Shown: positions 27,270 through 35,278, numbered from the stretch's first letter. The stretch: DNA of 44,966 bases from a virus (IMGVR_UViG_3300032074_000006:1-44966), one strand, 5' to 3'. Numbers and translations: made by a program. Notes: a model not told the origin generated them from the letters alone.

Positions 27270-27361
27270 CGCTGCACCAGCTCGGGCAGCAGGACAACCA
27301 CAATGCCCAGCATGAATACAGCGAGTCCGATGCCGGCGAGGATTGTCTTAACAATCCACAT
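27257..27361 (-). CDS. 34-aa membrane peptide (not in ORF track)
   Basis: MWIVKTILAGIGLAVFMLGIVVVLLPELVQRWRR fills the gap between neighbours. Confidence 0.6.
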   Translation of the reverse strand: MWIVKTILAGIGLAVFMLGIVVVLLPELVQRWRR

Positions 27362-27364
27362 CGG

Positions 27365-27721
27365 TCAGTCCGTCTCGGGATTCTGCACGGTGACCGCCTC
27401 GGGTCCATCCCAACCAGTCGGGTCGAACCACGACGCCGCCTTAGTGGCAAACACGGACTCAAGGTAGGCGTCCAGATCGCGCCCGTCCCGAATGACGGAC
27501 GCTCCCTTGCCGATGAGCCGGCCGACATTGACCAGCACCGCAGCAATAAGGGTGAGGCCGAGAGGCAGTGCACCCTCGCTGTCGCTCAGGGAAGTAGCGG
27601 CAGTCAGAGCCACGGCCAGCACACCGGAGAGGGTGAAGTCGCCGCGCTTGGTGTTCCACACCAGCCGTGCCCCTCGGATAACGTCACTGACGGAAAGCCG
27701 GGTCTTAGTGATGGGGGTCAT
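27365..27721 (-). CDS. Membrane protein
   Basis: Two hydrophobic segments; ATGA coupling. Confidence 0.6.
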   Translation of the reverse strand: MTPITKTRLSVSDVIRGARLVWNTKRGDFTLSGVLAVALTAATSLSDSEGALPLGLTLIAAVLVNVGRLIGKGASVIRDGRDLDAYLESVFATKAASWFDPTGWDGPEAVTVQNPETD

Positions 27722-27828
27722 TCGTCCTCGTCCTCTACCTGCTCAAGAAGTTCCTCAAGGAAGTCAACGATTGCCTCGATGAAATCCACATCACCCGGAG
27801 TGAGGGTGATATTTGCAAACCGGCTCAC
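27718..27828 (-). CDS. 36-aa acidic peptide (not in ORF track)
   Basis: MSRFANITLTPGDVDFIEAIVDFLEELLEQVEDEDE; AAGGGA RBS; ATGA coupling. Confidence 0.55.
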   Translation of the reverse strand: MSRFANITLTPGDVDFIEAIVDFLEELLEQVEDEDE

Positions 27829-27860
27829 AACGCATCCCTTAATTGGAGGTTACTATCCGT

Positions 27861-28637
27861 TTAACTAGCATCCCGAAATGTCATGGTCGCTAGATCAACC
27901 TGCAACCGGGCAGCGAGCCCGGCCTTCGGGTCTGCCTTGCCGGCGCGATTCTTAACGATGTGCACACCCATATAATTGTGCGTGCGGGTGAGGGTGAGAA
28001 CCTGAGCCGGGATCTTCCCGACCTTGTTCTCTAGCCCGCCGAGAGGAATGGGAATGTCCCCGTCCTCATATTTTCCATTAGCATGATGCAAGATCATTAC
28101 GTGTGCGCCGGTGTTATGGGCCAATCGGTCCATATCCTGCACTGCCTGACGCATGGCCCGGTAATCGTCGTCGTCATCGGTGACGTTCACCAAGTTATCC
28201 ACCACCAACAATGGCGGGAACTGTCCGTGCGCTGTTGCGTAAGCGAACACCTCGTCACGCACGTCTTCCATGCATTGCGCATCGAAGGAGAACCGCACGT
28301 TCCAGAGCTTTGACAGCAGCTCGTGATACATCGGGGCGATAGTCTCATCGGCCATGCCCCGCTCGACCTGTTCTTGCGGGTGGCCGCTCATCTTCGCAGC
28401 CGCACGCATTCCCATTGTGAAACTGTCGGTGTCAGCACTGATGTACAGGGACCGCATGTGCAAGCGCATTGCAATGTCCAATGCGAGCGCGCTCTTGCCC
28501 ACTCCGGGGGCAGCCGCAACCATCGACGCCTGCCCCCGCCGCAGCGAGAACCCGAGATTCGTCAGTGACGAATACGGGGTGGGTATAGCTGCCCCCTGTA
28601 CGCCCTGCTGAGCCACCGCCTGACCCAGCGTGAGCAT
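27861..28637 (-). CDS. DnaB-like helicase (C-terminal ATPase domain only)
   Basis: Walker A AAPGVGKS, LYISAD, LLVVDNL, ILHH, VKNR. Confidence 0.9.
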   Translation of the reverse strand: MLTLGQAVAQQGVQGAAIPTPYSSLTNLGFSLRRGQASMVAAAPGVGKSALALDIAMRLHMRSLYISADTDSFTMGMRAAAKMSGHPQEQVERGMADETIAPMYHELLSKLWNVRFSFDAQCMEDVRDEVFAYATAHGQFPPLLVVDNLVNVTDDDDDYRAMRQAVQDMDRLAHNTGAHVMILHHANGKYEDGDIPIPLGGLENKVGKIPAQVLTLTRTHNYMGVHIVKNRAGKADPKAGLAARLQVDLATMTFRDAS

Positions 28638-28951
28638 TAGTGCGCCAGTGCCCCGGCCGCCCGCTCGGCAGCCGAATCAATGGCCGCGTTCACGGACCGG
28701 ATCAGCACCTCAAGCCGCACCTTCACCTCTTCCGCAGCGAACAGCACCGTGGCGAGAATGTCGGCAGCCGGCTCGACCGGCAGGTGATTGACGAACTCAA
28801 ACAGGTCGAACGACGACCAGTCGGAGGTCACGTCAAGCATGAGGCCAAGCGCACCATTCCACGTGCCGACCGCAAGCATGCTGCCGGCGAGCTGGTCAAG
28901 CTCGGCATTGGTGTAGGTGTTGAGCTGAGGGCCAGGAAACTCCGTCACCAC
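28637..28951 (-). CDS. Hypothetical protein
   Basis: GGGGAG RBS before GTG; TAATG coupling with helicase. Confidence 0.55.
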   Translation of the reverse strand: MVTEFPGPQLNTYTNAELDQLAGSMLAVGTWNGALGLMLDVTSDWSSFDLFEFVNHLPVEPAADILATVLFAAEEVKVRLEVLIRSVNAAIDSAAERAAGALAH

Positions 28952-28953
28952 GA

Positions 28954-29343
28954 TTACTCCCCGAACTTCGGAGAGCACTGACCGGGCGTGCCCTTCGGAG
29001 TGGGACAGAACCAGCCAACCCACGGACCCTTACCGCTGGTACCCGTGCGGCGGACACGCGCCCCGTGGTCGCACGTCGGCGCACCGGGCGGTGCGAACCC
29101 ACCGCCACCAGCAAAGCCGGCAGGCTGAGCGGGAACCGGAGTACCCGTGCGCAGCGGTGCCGCATTCGCCACGGCCGGCGCAGCCTCGGGGTTCACGACG
29201 AGCTGAAAGTCCTCGACCAATCGCTGTGCCTGGTCGCCCAGGATATCGACGGCGTTCTGCCAGAAGGAGTCGAACGTGTCACCGCCGATCACGAAGATAC
29301 GTCCGGCACTGTCCTTGCCCGACACCTGAATGTTACTTGTCAT
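28954..29343 (-). CDS. Hypothetical protein with C-terminal CxHG...WxxWxC motif
   Basis: Pro/Ala linker then CDHG..V.RTG...PWVGWFC...QC; neighbour of the exonuclease as in actinophage replication blocks. Confidence 0.7.
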   Translation of the reverse strand: MTSNIQVSGKDSAGRIFVIGGDTFDSFWQNAVDILGDQAQRLVEDFQLVVNPEAAPAVANAAPLRTGTPVPAQPAGFAGGGGFAPPGAPTCDHGARVRRTGTSGKGPWVGWFCPTPKGTPGQCSPKFGE

Positions 29344-30164
29344 TCATCATCCTTATGCTTAGTGCCACCCATGTAGACACAATGCTCCCGGAAAGAGCAC
29401 ATATATTTGCAGTGCGAACCGATGTTGGGCAGGTATTCACCGGCCCGTTCCTGCCTATCGAATGCGGCGAACATCGAACCAATGCGGTCCTCCGTCCAAT
29501 GACCCAGGGGTAACGGGTTATCCAACGCCCCCTTGCGGGCCATGTAATAAGCGCCCCATTCGATTGTCACGCCCAGCAATTTCTCGACGCCCACTTTATA
29601 GACGCCCAATTGCAGGCTCGACTCAATGGCTTTACTCCCGGTCTTTAGATCAACGACCAAGAGCTGCCCGTGCTTATCAACCATGATGCGGTCGGCAAAC
29701 ATTTTCACCGGCACATCATTAAGGATTGGCATAAGTTCCGCCTCAATCAAGGCGGTGTCCCCATCCCAAAAGATTTGCAGGTCTGATTGGTCACGCCACT
29801 TGGCGTATTCCTCACAGAATCCTAGCCCTGCTTTGCGCCACCATTCCAGGGTTTCTTTACCCTTGTTCGCAGCTCTCCAATTGGCGGGCTCAAGCCAATC
29901 AGCCTGAACCTTTGCGCCGTCTAGTCTGCTGAGCTGGTCATCAAGGGCACGGTTCCACTCCCGCAACCACGTCTGCTCAATCGACCCATCCAATAGGTTG
30001 TCGTGGTCGATGTATTCAGTTGTGTTGTGGAAAGCGGTACCACCGGGAAGCCAAACACTTGGCTTCTCCTGAATGCCGACACGGCGTTGCAATCTAAATT
30101 GCTCACCGCACGTCATCCAAGTATCTAGTTGTGAATAGGAACGGTAAGCCGGCCGGTCCTTCAC
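29340..30164 (-). CDS. PD-(D/E)XK Cas4/RecB-like exonuclease
   Basis: SYSQL..W..C, GTAFH, E...ADRI...VVDLKTG...QL.VY, C-terminal C..C..C. Confidence 0.9.
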   Translation of the reverse strand: MKDRPAYRSYSQLDTWMTCGEQFRLQRRVGIQEKPSVWLPGGTAFHNTTEYIDHDNLLDGSIEQTWLREWNRALDDQLSRLDGAKVQADWLEPANWRAANKGKETLEWWRKAGLGFCEEYAKWRDQSDLQIFWDGDTALIEAELMPILNDVPVKMFADRIMVDKHGQLLVVDLKTGSKAIESSLQLGVYKVGVEKLLGVTIEWGAYYMARKGALDNPLPLGHWTEDRIGSMFAAFDRQERAGEYLPNIGSHCKYMCSFREHCVYMGGTKHKDDE

Positions 30165-30247
30165 AGTGTGCTCTCAAAGATATAGAGCAGGCCGAGAGCA
30201 CACAGTATGACGACCGTGATTAGCCCGATGATTGCTAACACGGTCAT
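30161..30247 (-). CDS. 28-aa membrane peptide (not in ORF track)
   Basis: MTVLAIIGLITVVILCALGLLYIFESTL; ATGA and GTGA couplings. Confidence 0.6.
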   Translation of the reverse strand: MTVLAIIGLITVVILCALGLLYIFESTL

Positions 30248-30510
30248 GCTGCCACCAGCCGACGCCGGCCGGCGAGGATGCGACGCCGCTCAGGAGGCGT
30301 GGTGCCTCCGAACATTCCGTGCGACCGATACTCGGGATCATCAAGCATGGCAGCCAGCTCATATTCCAGGCATTCACTCTTGACCGGGCATTCGCCACAG
30401 ACGAGGCGCGGCACATTGTAAGTGGGACTGCCCGCCGTACTCGGAAAGAATACTTCCCGATCATCGACGCCCACACACATTGCGTCTCGCATCCAGTCCG
30501 TCTCGCTCAC
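30244..30510 (-). CDS. whiB: WhiB family transcription factor
   Basis: W...AMC...VFFP...CGECPVKSEC...GMFGGTTP.ERR. Confidence 0.95.
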   Translation of the reverse strand: MSETDWMRDAMCVGVDDREVFFPSTAGSPTYNVPRLVCGECPVKSECLEYELAAMLDDPEYRSHGMFGGTTPPERRRILAGRRRLVAA

Positions 30511-30609
30511 AGGAAGAACATTAGCGGGTGAGGTTTAACGATCAGGTGGTATGAAACTGCCAAACGGACCGGACAGTATTGGTAATCGCATTGCAATACC
30601 CGTAAATGC

Positions 30610-30651
30610 AGAAAGGCCCGGCCCCCCATGTCGGAGGAACCGGGCCTTTCT
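30610..30651. terminator. Terminator between early region and replication operon
   Basis: agaaaggcccgg...ccgggcctttct inverted repeat. Confidence 0.75.
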
Positions 30652-30710
30652 GGTGCGTGATCGTACGATTACAGTGTGTCAGTGACCTAGACCACCCGCA
30701 CTGTAATAGG

Positions 30711-31259
30711 TCAGGCGTCCGCCTTCTCCTTCTCGCCACCCTTGGTGGCAGCAGCCGCCTTCTTCGGCTCGGAGGCATTGCGCTGCCCCTTCGCTGCCTC
30801 CTTCGCTGCCTCCACCCGCGCCGCCACGTTCTCCGGGTGGTTGGCGTTGGTCAGCAGCTCAGCGTCCGTGGCCTTCGCCGGCGACGGGATCGTGGTCTGC
30901 GTCCCCGAGTTGCGGGACTCGTACATCTCCACGATCGCGTGCGGGATGCGGCCACGAGACTCGGGCTTCATGTGCCCGTGCTCCACCGCCCACTCGCGGA
31001 TCGTGCGCGCCCGCTCCCGGTCGGACTCCGACCGGCCACCGCCCGACGAGGAACGGCGCGAGCTGGTGTGCCGGGTCAGCCGGCGCGCAGCACCGACGTA
31101 CTTGTTCAGCGCGTCCCGCATCTTGTCGGCGTTCTCCGTGGACAGGTCGATCTCGTACTCGTGCCCGTCCAGAGCGAACGTCACCGGGCCACCCTGCCCC
31201 TCGGGGATTTCCGTGCCGGTCAGGTCGTCCACGTACAGGGTCAGAACCTTGCTTGCCAT
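30711..31259 (-). CDS. lsr2: Lsr2 nucleoid-associated protein with Ala/Lys-rich tail
   Basis: MASKV...VDDLTG...FALDG..YEIDLS..NA dimerisation domain; IREWA..HG...SRGRIP DNA-binding domain. Confidence 0.95.
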   Translation of the reverse strand: MASKVLTLYVDDLTGTEIPEGQGGPVTFALDGHEYEIDLSTENADKMRDALNKYVGAARRLTRHTSSRRSSSGGGRSESDRERARTIREWAVEHGHMKPESRGRIPHAIVEMYESRNSGTQTTIPSPAKATDAELLTNANHPENVAARVEAAKEAAKGQRNASEPKKAAAATKGGEKEKADA

Positions 31260-31295
31260 GATGTGTTCTCCATTTCGCTTGGGTTGTTGAGTCGA

Positions 31296-31544
31296 TTAGA
31301 ACAGACGAGCTATCTCACGCGCAATACGGTCCGCCGATCGGAGACAGGTGGTGCAGTCCACCGGGTAATCCTCCCCGACATTGCGGCCGATCAGATCCCT
31401 GCCACATAGGGTGCGCCAGTGCCACCAGTCCTCAGGGTTCACGTCCTCAGCGGGCAGGCGCTTAGCCAGCTCCTCATTGCCAGCCTTGGCCCAATGCACC
31501 ACGTACCGTGTCCGCCCGTAGTTGAGGACACGGAACAGGGCCAC
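31296..31544 (-). CDS. Hypothetical Zn-binding protein
   Basis: VH...TLCGR...CTTC motif. Confidence 0.6.
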   Translation of the reverse strand: MALFRVLNYGRTRYVVHWAKAGNEELAKRLPAEDVNPEDWWHWRTLCGRDLIGRNVGEDYPVDCTTCLRSADRIAREIARLF

Positions 31545-31547
31545 GGC

Positions 31548-31910
31548 TCAGGCCCTCTCAAGGTGGCGCAGGTTCTTGCGGTCACGGCCACACACCCCGC
31601 ACCCAACCCACGGACCCTCGGCGAACTCATGGAACTCGGCCAGCTCAGGCAGCGTGCGGTTCATCGCCGCAGCCGTGTAGTCGTCATCGCGCTCGGGCAG
31701 GTGCGAGCCGTTGACACCAGGGATCGGACCGCCGAGAGGTTCCACGTCAACATGGAACTGCGCCCCACCCGCAGCGCGCACGCCGTCCACCTCAGCCAGC
31801 AGCCGGCGCACCAGCGCCAACACCTCACGCGCAGCGGCCGGCTTAGCTACCCGGCCAGCCCCATCGAACTCCGACATTGCCTGCCGCAGCTCAGCTATTA
31901 CGTCCGTCAT
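31548..31910 (-). CDS. Hypothetical early protein
   Basis: AGGAAATGGGGA RBS; C-terminal HEF...CGVCG...H. Confidence 0.65.
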   Translation of the reverse strand: MTDVIAELRQAMSEFDGAGRVAKPAAAREVLALVRRLLAEVDGVRAAGGAQFHVDVEPLGGPIPGVNGSHLPERDDDYTAAAMNRTLPELAEFHEFAEGPWVGCGVCGRDRKNLRHLERA

Positions 31911-32006
31911 CGTTCCCCATTTCCTGTGTGTTCCCTGTCAACCGTTCCGGCTGAACGGTCAGCCCCACGCTCAGACGATAGACCGTCTGAGCGTGAGACT
32001 CACCCC

Positions 32007-32270
32007 TCAGTCGTGACCGCCCCGCAGGAAATCCTCCCGCGCATCCCACCCCTCCTCATCTGCCGGCGAAGGTTCACGGTCCGGCTCATCCGGCCCCTCC
32101 CGCCACACCTCAGGCGGCATGCCGCCGTTCGATAGGTGCGAGTCCAACACAAAGAACATCGACGCCATGCGCCGCGCCTCAGCCGGCGACCCACCGTCCG
32201 TGATCCACGCCTCAGCCAGCCGGCGCAACTCAGCTAGCACCGTCTCAACTGTCAGCCGGTGATCGTCCAT
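32007..32270 (-). CDS. Hypothetical early protein
   Basis: LD.HLSNGG.PP..W motif, acidic tail; GAGGA RBS. Confidence 0.65.
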   Translation of the reverse strand: MDDHRLTVETVLAELRRLAEAWITDGGSPAEARRMASMFFVLDSHLSNGGMPPEVWREGPDEPDREPSPADEEGWDAREDFLRGGHD

Positions 32271-32273
32271 TCC

Positions 32274-32552
32274 TCAGCCCTCCCGATTCATCGAGTCGAT
32301 TTCGATGATGCGCCAATCCTCAGCCAGCGTGAACAGCCGCTCATACGCACCGTGCCAGCCCTTCGCCAGGTCCAGCACCCGTGCCCCCGGACCGTTGCGC
32401 CCGTTCACCATGCGGGACCGATCAGTCAGGTACAGGTACGTTCCGCCCATCGTCTCGACGGCCAGGCTGCCGGCGCACGACATACCCAACCGTCCCGCTT
32501 GCTCGTTCAGCGCCACCAGGATCCGCGCAACGTCCGCCTTAGTGTGTGCCAT
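32274..32552 (-). CDS. Hypothetical early protein
   Basis: GGGAATGGGGAG RBS before ATG 32552. Confidence 0.6.
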   Translation of the reverse strand: MAHTKADVARILVALNEQAGRLGMSCAGSLAVETMGGTYLYLTDRSRMVNGRNGPGARVLDLAKGWHGAYERLFTLAEDWRIIEIDSMNREG

Positions 32553-32679
32553 GACTCCCCATTCCCTTTCGTTGACTGACACACGGCGGGAGCCGTGGTC
32601 TGCCAATGCTTACGCATTGACTGAGTGGATCAGGCAAGGCACGGGGTGATGAGCCCGTGCCCTCCCGTGTCCCGATCAG

Positions 32680-33615
32680 TCAGTCAGTGCCAAGCTCGAT
32701 GCCGGCGATCCACTCATCATCGACCAGCGGGGCAATCTTGCCGATCAGCTCTAGCCCCGCCTTACGCACCGTGTCAGCCGCCGCAGCGATCTTCTTAGCA
32801 TCGCCACCAGACCACACACCCACATAAGGCACCGTGTAAGAGGACGAATCCGCACCAGCCCAGTGCATCACCAGATAGGCCACCGACTCGGCCTCCACCT
32901 CGCACCGGCCGCGCGCCTCCCGGTCCGTGTGATATTCGGCAGTATTCTCCCCGTGCCCACACAGAATGTGGCCCAACTCGTGAGCCAGCGTCTTACATTT
33001 CTGCGCATCGGCCACATCATCACGCACCCGGACCAGCCGCTTACCGAAGTCCGTAAAGCCGTTCGCCGTGCCGCAATCGCCCCACTCAAGAGCGAAACCC
33101 ATGTCGGCAGTGATAGCCACCAGCGCCTCTAGCAACGTGCCCGGACCGTCACCCGTCAACAACTCCGGGCCGAACGCTGGCAGCTCCTCCCCGTCCGTCT
33201 GCGCAGCCACCCACACATAGACGACACGGAAACCGACCAGCACCCGCCGTTCCTCCACCTTGCCCGACTCCCGGTCGATCACCTCACGCTTCGCCATGAT
33301 CGGAGCAAGAATCGGAATGCCCTTCTCGCCCTTACGCACCGACCGGCCAAGCTTCTTCCACGTGTGAAAGCCAGCGGCCGGACCGTACTCAATGCCGCGC
33401 CGATCACACTCCACCATGATCAGCAGAGAATTGTTGAGCGAGTAGTTGTGGAACGTCGCCGCCACCTCAAGCATGCGTCGCCACCCCTCATCCGTGGCGA
33501 GGCCGGCTACGGCGGACTCAAGCGACGCCAACGCGGCGTCAACCTTAGCCTTCCGATTCTCAGCGGCCATTGCGTGATCCTCCGCCGTCATACGTGAACG
33601 AGTCGAAACAGTCAT
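32680..33615 (-). CDS. ardC: ArdC-like antirestriction protein (ssDNA-binding + metallopeptidase-like domain)
   Basis: FHNYSLNN.LLI...GFHTWKKLGRSVRKGEKGIPILAP; TLAHELGH...EVEAESVAYLV. Confidence 0.9.
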   Translation of the reverse strand: MTVSTRSRMTAEDHAMAAENRKAKVDAALASLESAVAGLATDEGWRRMLEVAATFHNYSLNNSLLIMVECDRRGIEYGPAAGFHTWKKLGRSVRKGEKGIPILAPIMAKREVIDRESGKVEERRVLVGFRVVYVWVAAQTDGEELPAFGPELLTGDGPGTLLEALVAITADMGFALEWGDCGTANGFTDFGKRLVRVRDDVADAQKCKTLAHELGHILCGHGENTAEYHTDREARGRCEVEAESVAYLVMHWAGADSSSYTVPYVGVWSGGDAKKIAAAADTVRKAGLELIGKIAPLVDDEWIAGIELGTD

Positions 33616-33715
33616 CGGAAATCCCCATTTCCTCATCGGTACAGGTAACGCCTACTCGGCTGAGTAGACACCGCGCCACACTAGCCACGCCATATCTAGT
33701 GCGGACGGAATCAGC

Positions 33716-33913
33716 TCAGCGAATACGGACGCCTACTATCACGTAACCTAGCTGCCGCTCAATCGCGCCGGCATACTCGCGTGCCGTCATCCCTGCCGGC
33801 AGGGCCACAGGAATCTGCCGGCCGTCCGGATAACGGACGATCACAGAAACCGTGCTAACGCCGTTCACCACCTCAGCCGGCCGCGACCACTCGGCACCCG
33901 ACATATCCGCCAT
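33716..33913 (-). CDS. Hypothetical early protein
   Basis: 65 aa, flanked by conserved intergenic modules. Confidence 0.55.
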   Translation of the reverse strand: MADMSGAEWSRPAEVVNGVSTVSVIVRYPDGRQIPVALPAGMTAREYAGAIERQLGYVIVGVRIR

Positions 33914-34001
33914 GTCAGCTCACCACCCCTTTCCACTTCCGCCGTTCGGTTGTGAACGGTCACGGATAGGCACCGGGCCACCGATGCCGCACCGTCGCCC
34001 C

Positions 34002-34214
34002 TCACTCCCCGTACGCGTGCCAATCACACACAACCGAGGTGCCCCAATCACCCGACACCCGCCGCACCGTCGTCGGCCCCTCCCCCGGGCAACCGTCACA
34101 CTGCCCGATGAACGGCGCGCCGTACGTATCCGGCACCGTCACCGCCGCAGCGCCATAGGTGCGGAAATCGTCCGTGGACTCTCCGTCGCTGACCCATTCA
34201 TCGCCCGCGTACAT
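34002..34214 (-). CDS. Hypothetical early protein
   Basis: CDGC...VCDWH; TGATG coupling. Confidence 0.55.
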   Translation of the reverse strand: MYAGDEWVSDGESTDDFRTYGAAAVTVPDTYGAPFIGQCDGCPGEGPTTVRRVSGDWGTSVVCDWHAYGE

Positions 34215-34417
34215 CACAGGATCGTACCCTGAGCTGAGGGCATCACGTGAACGGCCAGACCATCGGCGCGCAACACATCCGCGAACCGCTGCGCATTACC
34301 CGCACCCGCGAACATCGCCACGATCACCTGAGGGTTGCCGTACGTGTGGAACGCGAACCGCAGACCATCCTCCCGGCCCGGAACCGCGTACACGTAAAGG
34401 TCACTGCCACCAACCAT
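34214..34417 (-). CDS. Hypothetical early protein
   Basis: ATTGGGGAG RBS before ATG 34417. Confidence 0.55.
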   Translation of the reverse strand: MVGGSDLYVYAVPGREDGLRFAFHTYGNPQVIVAMFAGAGNAQRFADVLRADGLAVHVMPSAQGTIL

Positions 34418-34499
34418 GATCACTCCCCAATCGATTCGATACGGAACCTGAACGGTCCGCCCCTCGCAGAGACTCCGCACTCTGCGAGAGACGCGCCCC

Positions 34500-34757
34500 T
34501 CAGTAACCGAGTGCCGCCAACAACGACCCAACATGAACCGTCGTGCCGACACCGGCCGGAGTCCAACCCGACCACCACAGCTCCGAGTTCAGCTCTGCGA
34601 GCGTGGCACCGTGTGCTTTCGCAACGTTCGCCGCCTTCGCCTCCGGCATGTAACGGCCGTAACGGGCGATCAGCCCGTCATACGTGTCCGACCGACCGGA
34701 GAACAGCCGATCCAAGGCAACCGGAGTCGCCGTCGCAGTCACAATGAAAGAAGTCAT
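34500..34757 (-). CDS. First early gene, hypothetical, probably leaderless
   Basis: 85 aa ending LLAALGY; TAGCTT -10 lies 6 nt before ATG, no RBS. Confidence 0.6.
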   Translation of the reverse strand: MTSFIVTATATPVALDRLFSGRSDTYDGLIARYGRYMPEAKAANVAKAHGATLAELNSELWWSGWTPAGVGTTVHVGSLLAALGY

Positions 34758-34806
34758 GGAGACAAGCTAACCGACGAATGGCGGATGTGCCGAACCAACC
34801 GCCGAT

Positions 34807-35211
34807 GTTACCAAACCGTTACAAAGCCATCATAACGTTTAACCATGCAACACCATGCATAACCATACATCCTCGTATTCGTCATACATTCGTCATACAA
34901 CGGAGGAGCTAGCGTGCCATGCACGATGGCCCGGGCCATATAGTTGTGCGCAACTCAGTTGTGCAGGGTATGGGTGTCGCCCTGCCCGTGGATTCCGTCG
35001 GGAATCACCATCGCCGCAGCTCAGCACCTCGTTAGGGTGCCCTTATGTCGGTGGCGTTGGGCCGTTAGGCCCCTACGCCGCACCCGGGGTTGTTGATCCC
35101 CGTGCGCGTATAAATGTGTACTAACCCAGTGTGGATTTGTGGGGGTTGTGGGGTGGGGGTTGGCCGGCTGGGCGTGCATAGTCATGCATGGCTTGGTAAC
35201 GGTTGTGTAAC
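34807..35211. repeat. 24-bp imperfect inverted repeat pair, each with GTTAC-N6-GTTAC
   Basis: 34807-34830 gttaccaaaccgttacaaagccat vs reverse complement of 35188-35211 gttacacaaccgttaccaagccat (21/24). Confidence 0.85.
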
Positions 35212-35278
35212 GTTTGGCGCTTTTTGTGGGGTTGGCTGTCAGAGGTTGCGTCTGATAGCAGGCTTTTATATAAGTGAG

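Noticed and set aside
29340-30164. Cas4-like gene as evidence of CRISPR-Cas
   Set aside because: No repeat-spacer array or other cas genes; solo Cas4/RecB-like nucleases are routine in actinophage replication blocks
35025-35053. dif-like site (ttatgtcggt resembles a XerD arm)
   Set aside because: Left arm and 6-bp spacer do not fit the dif pattern
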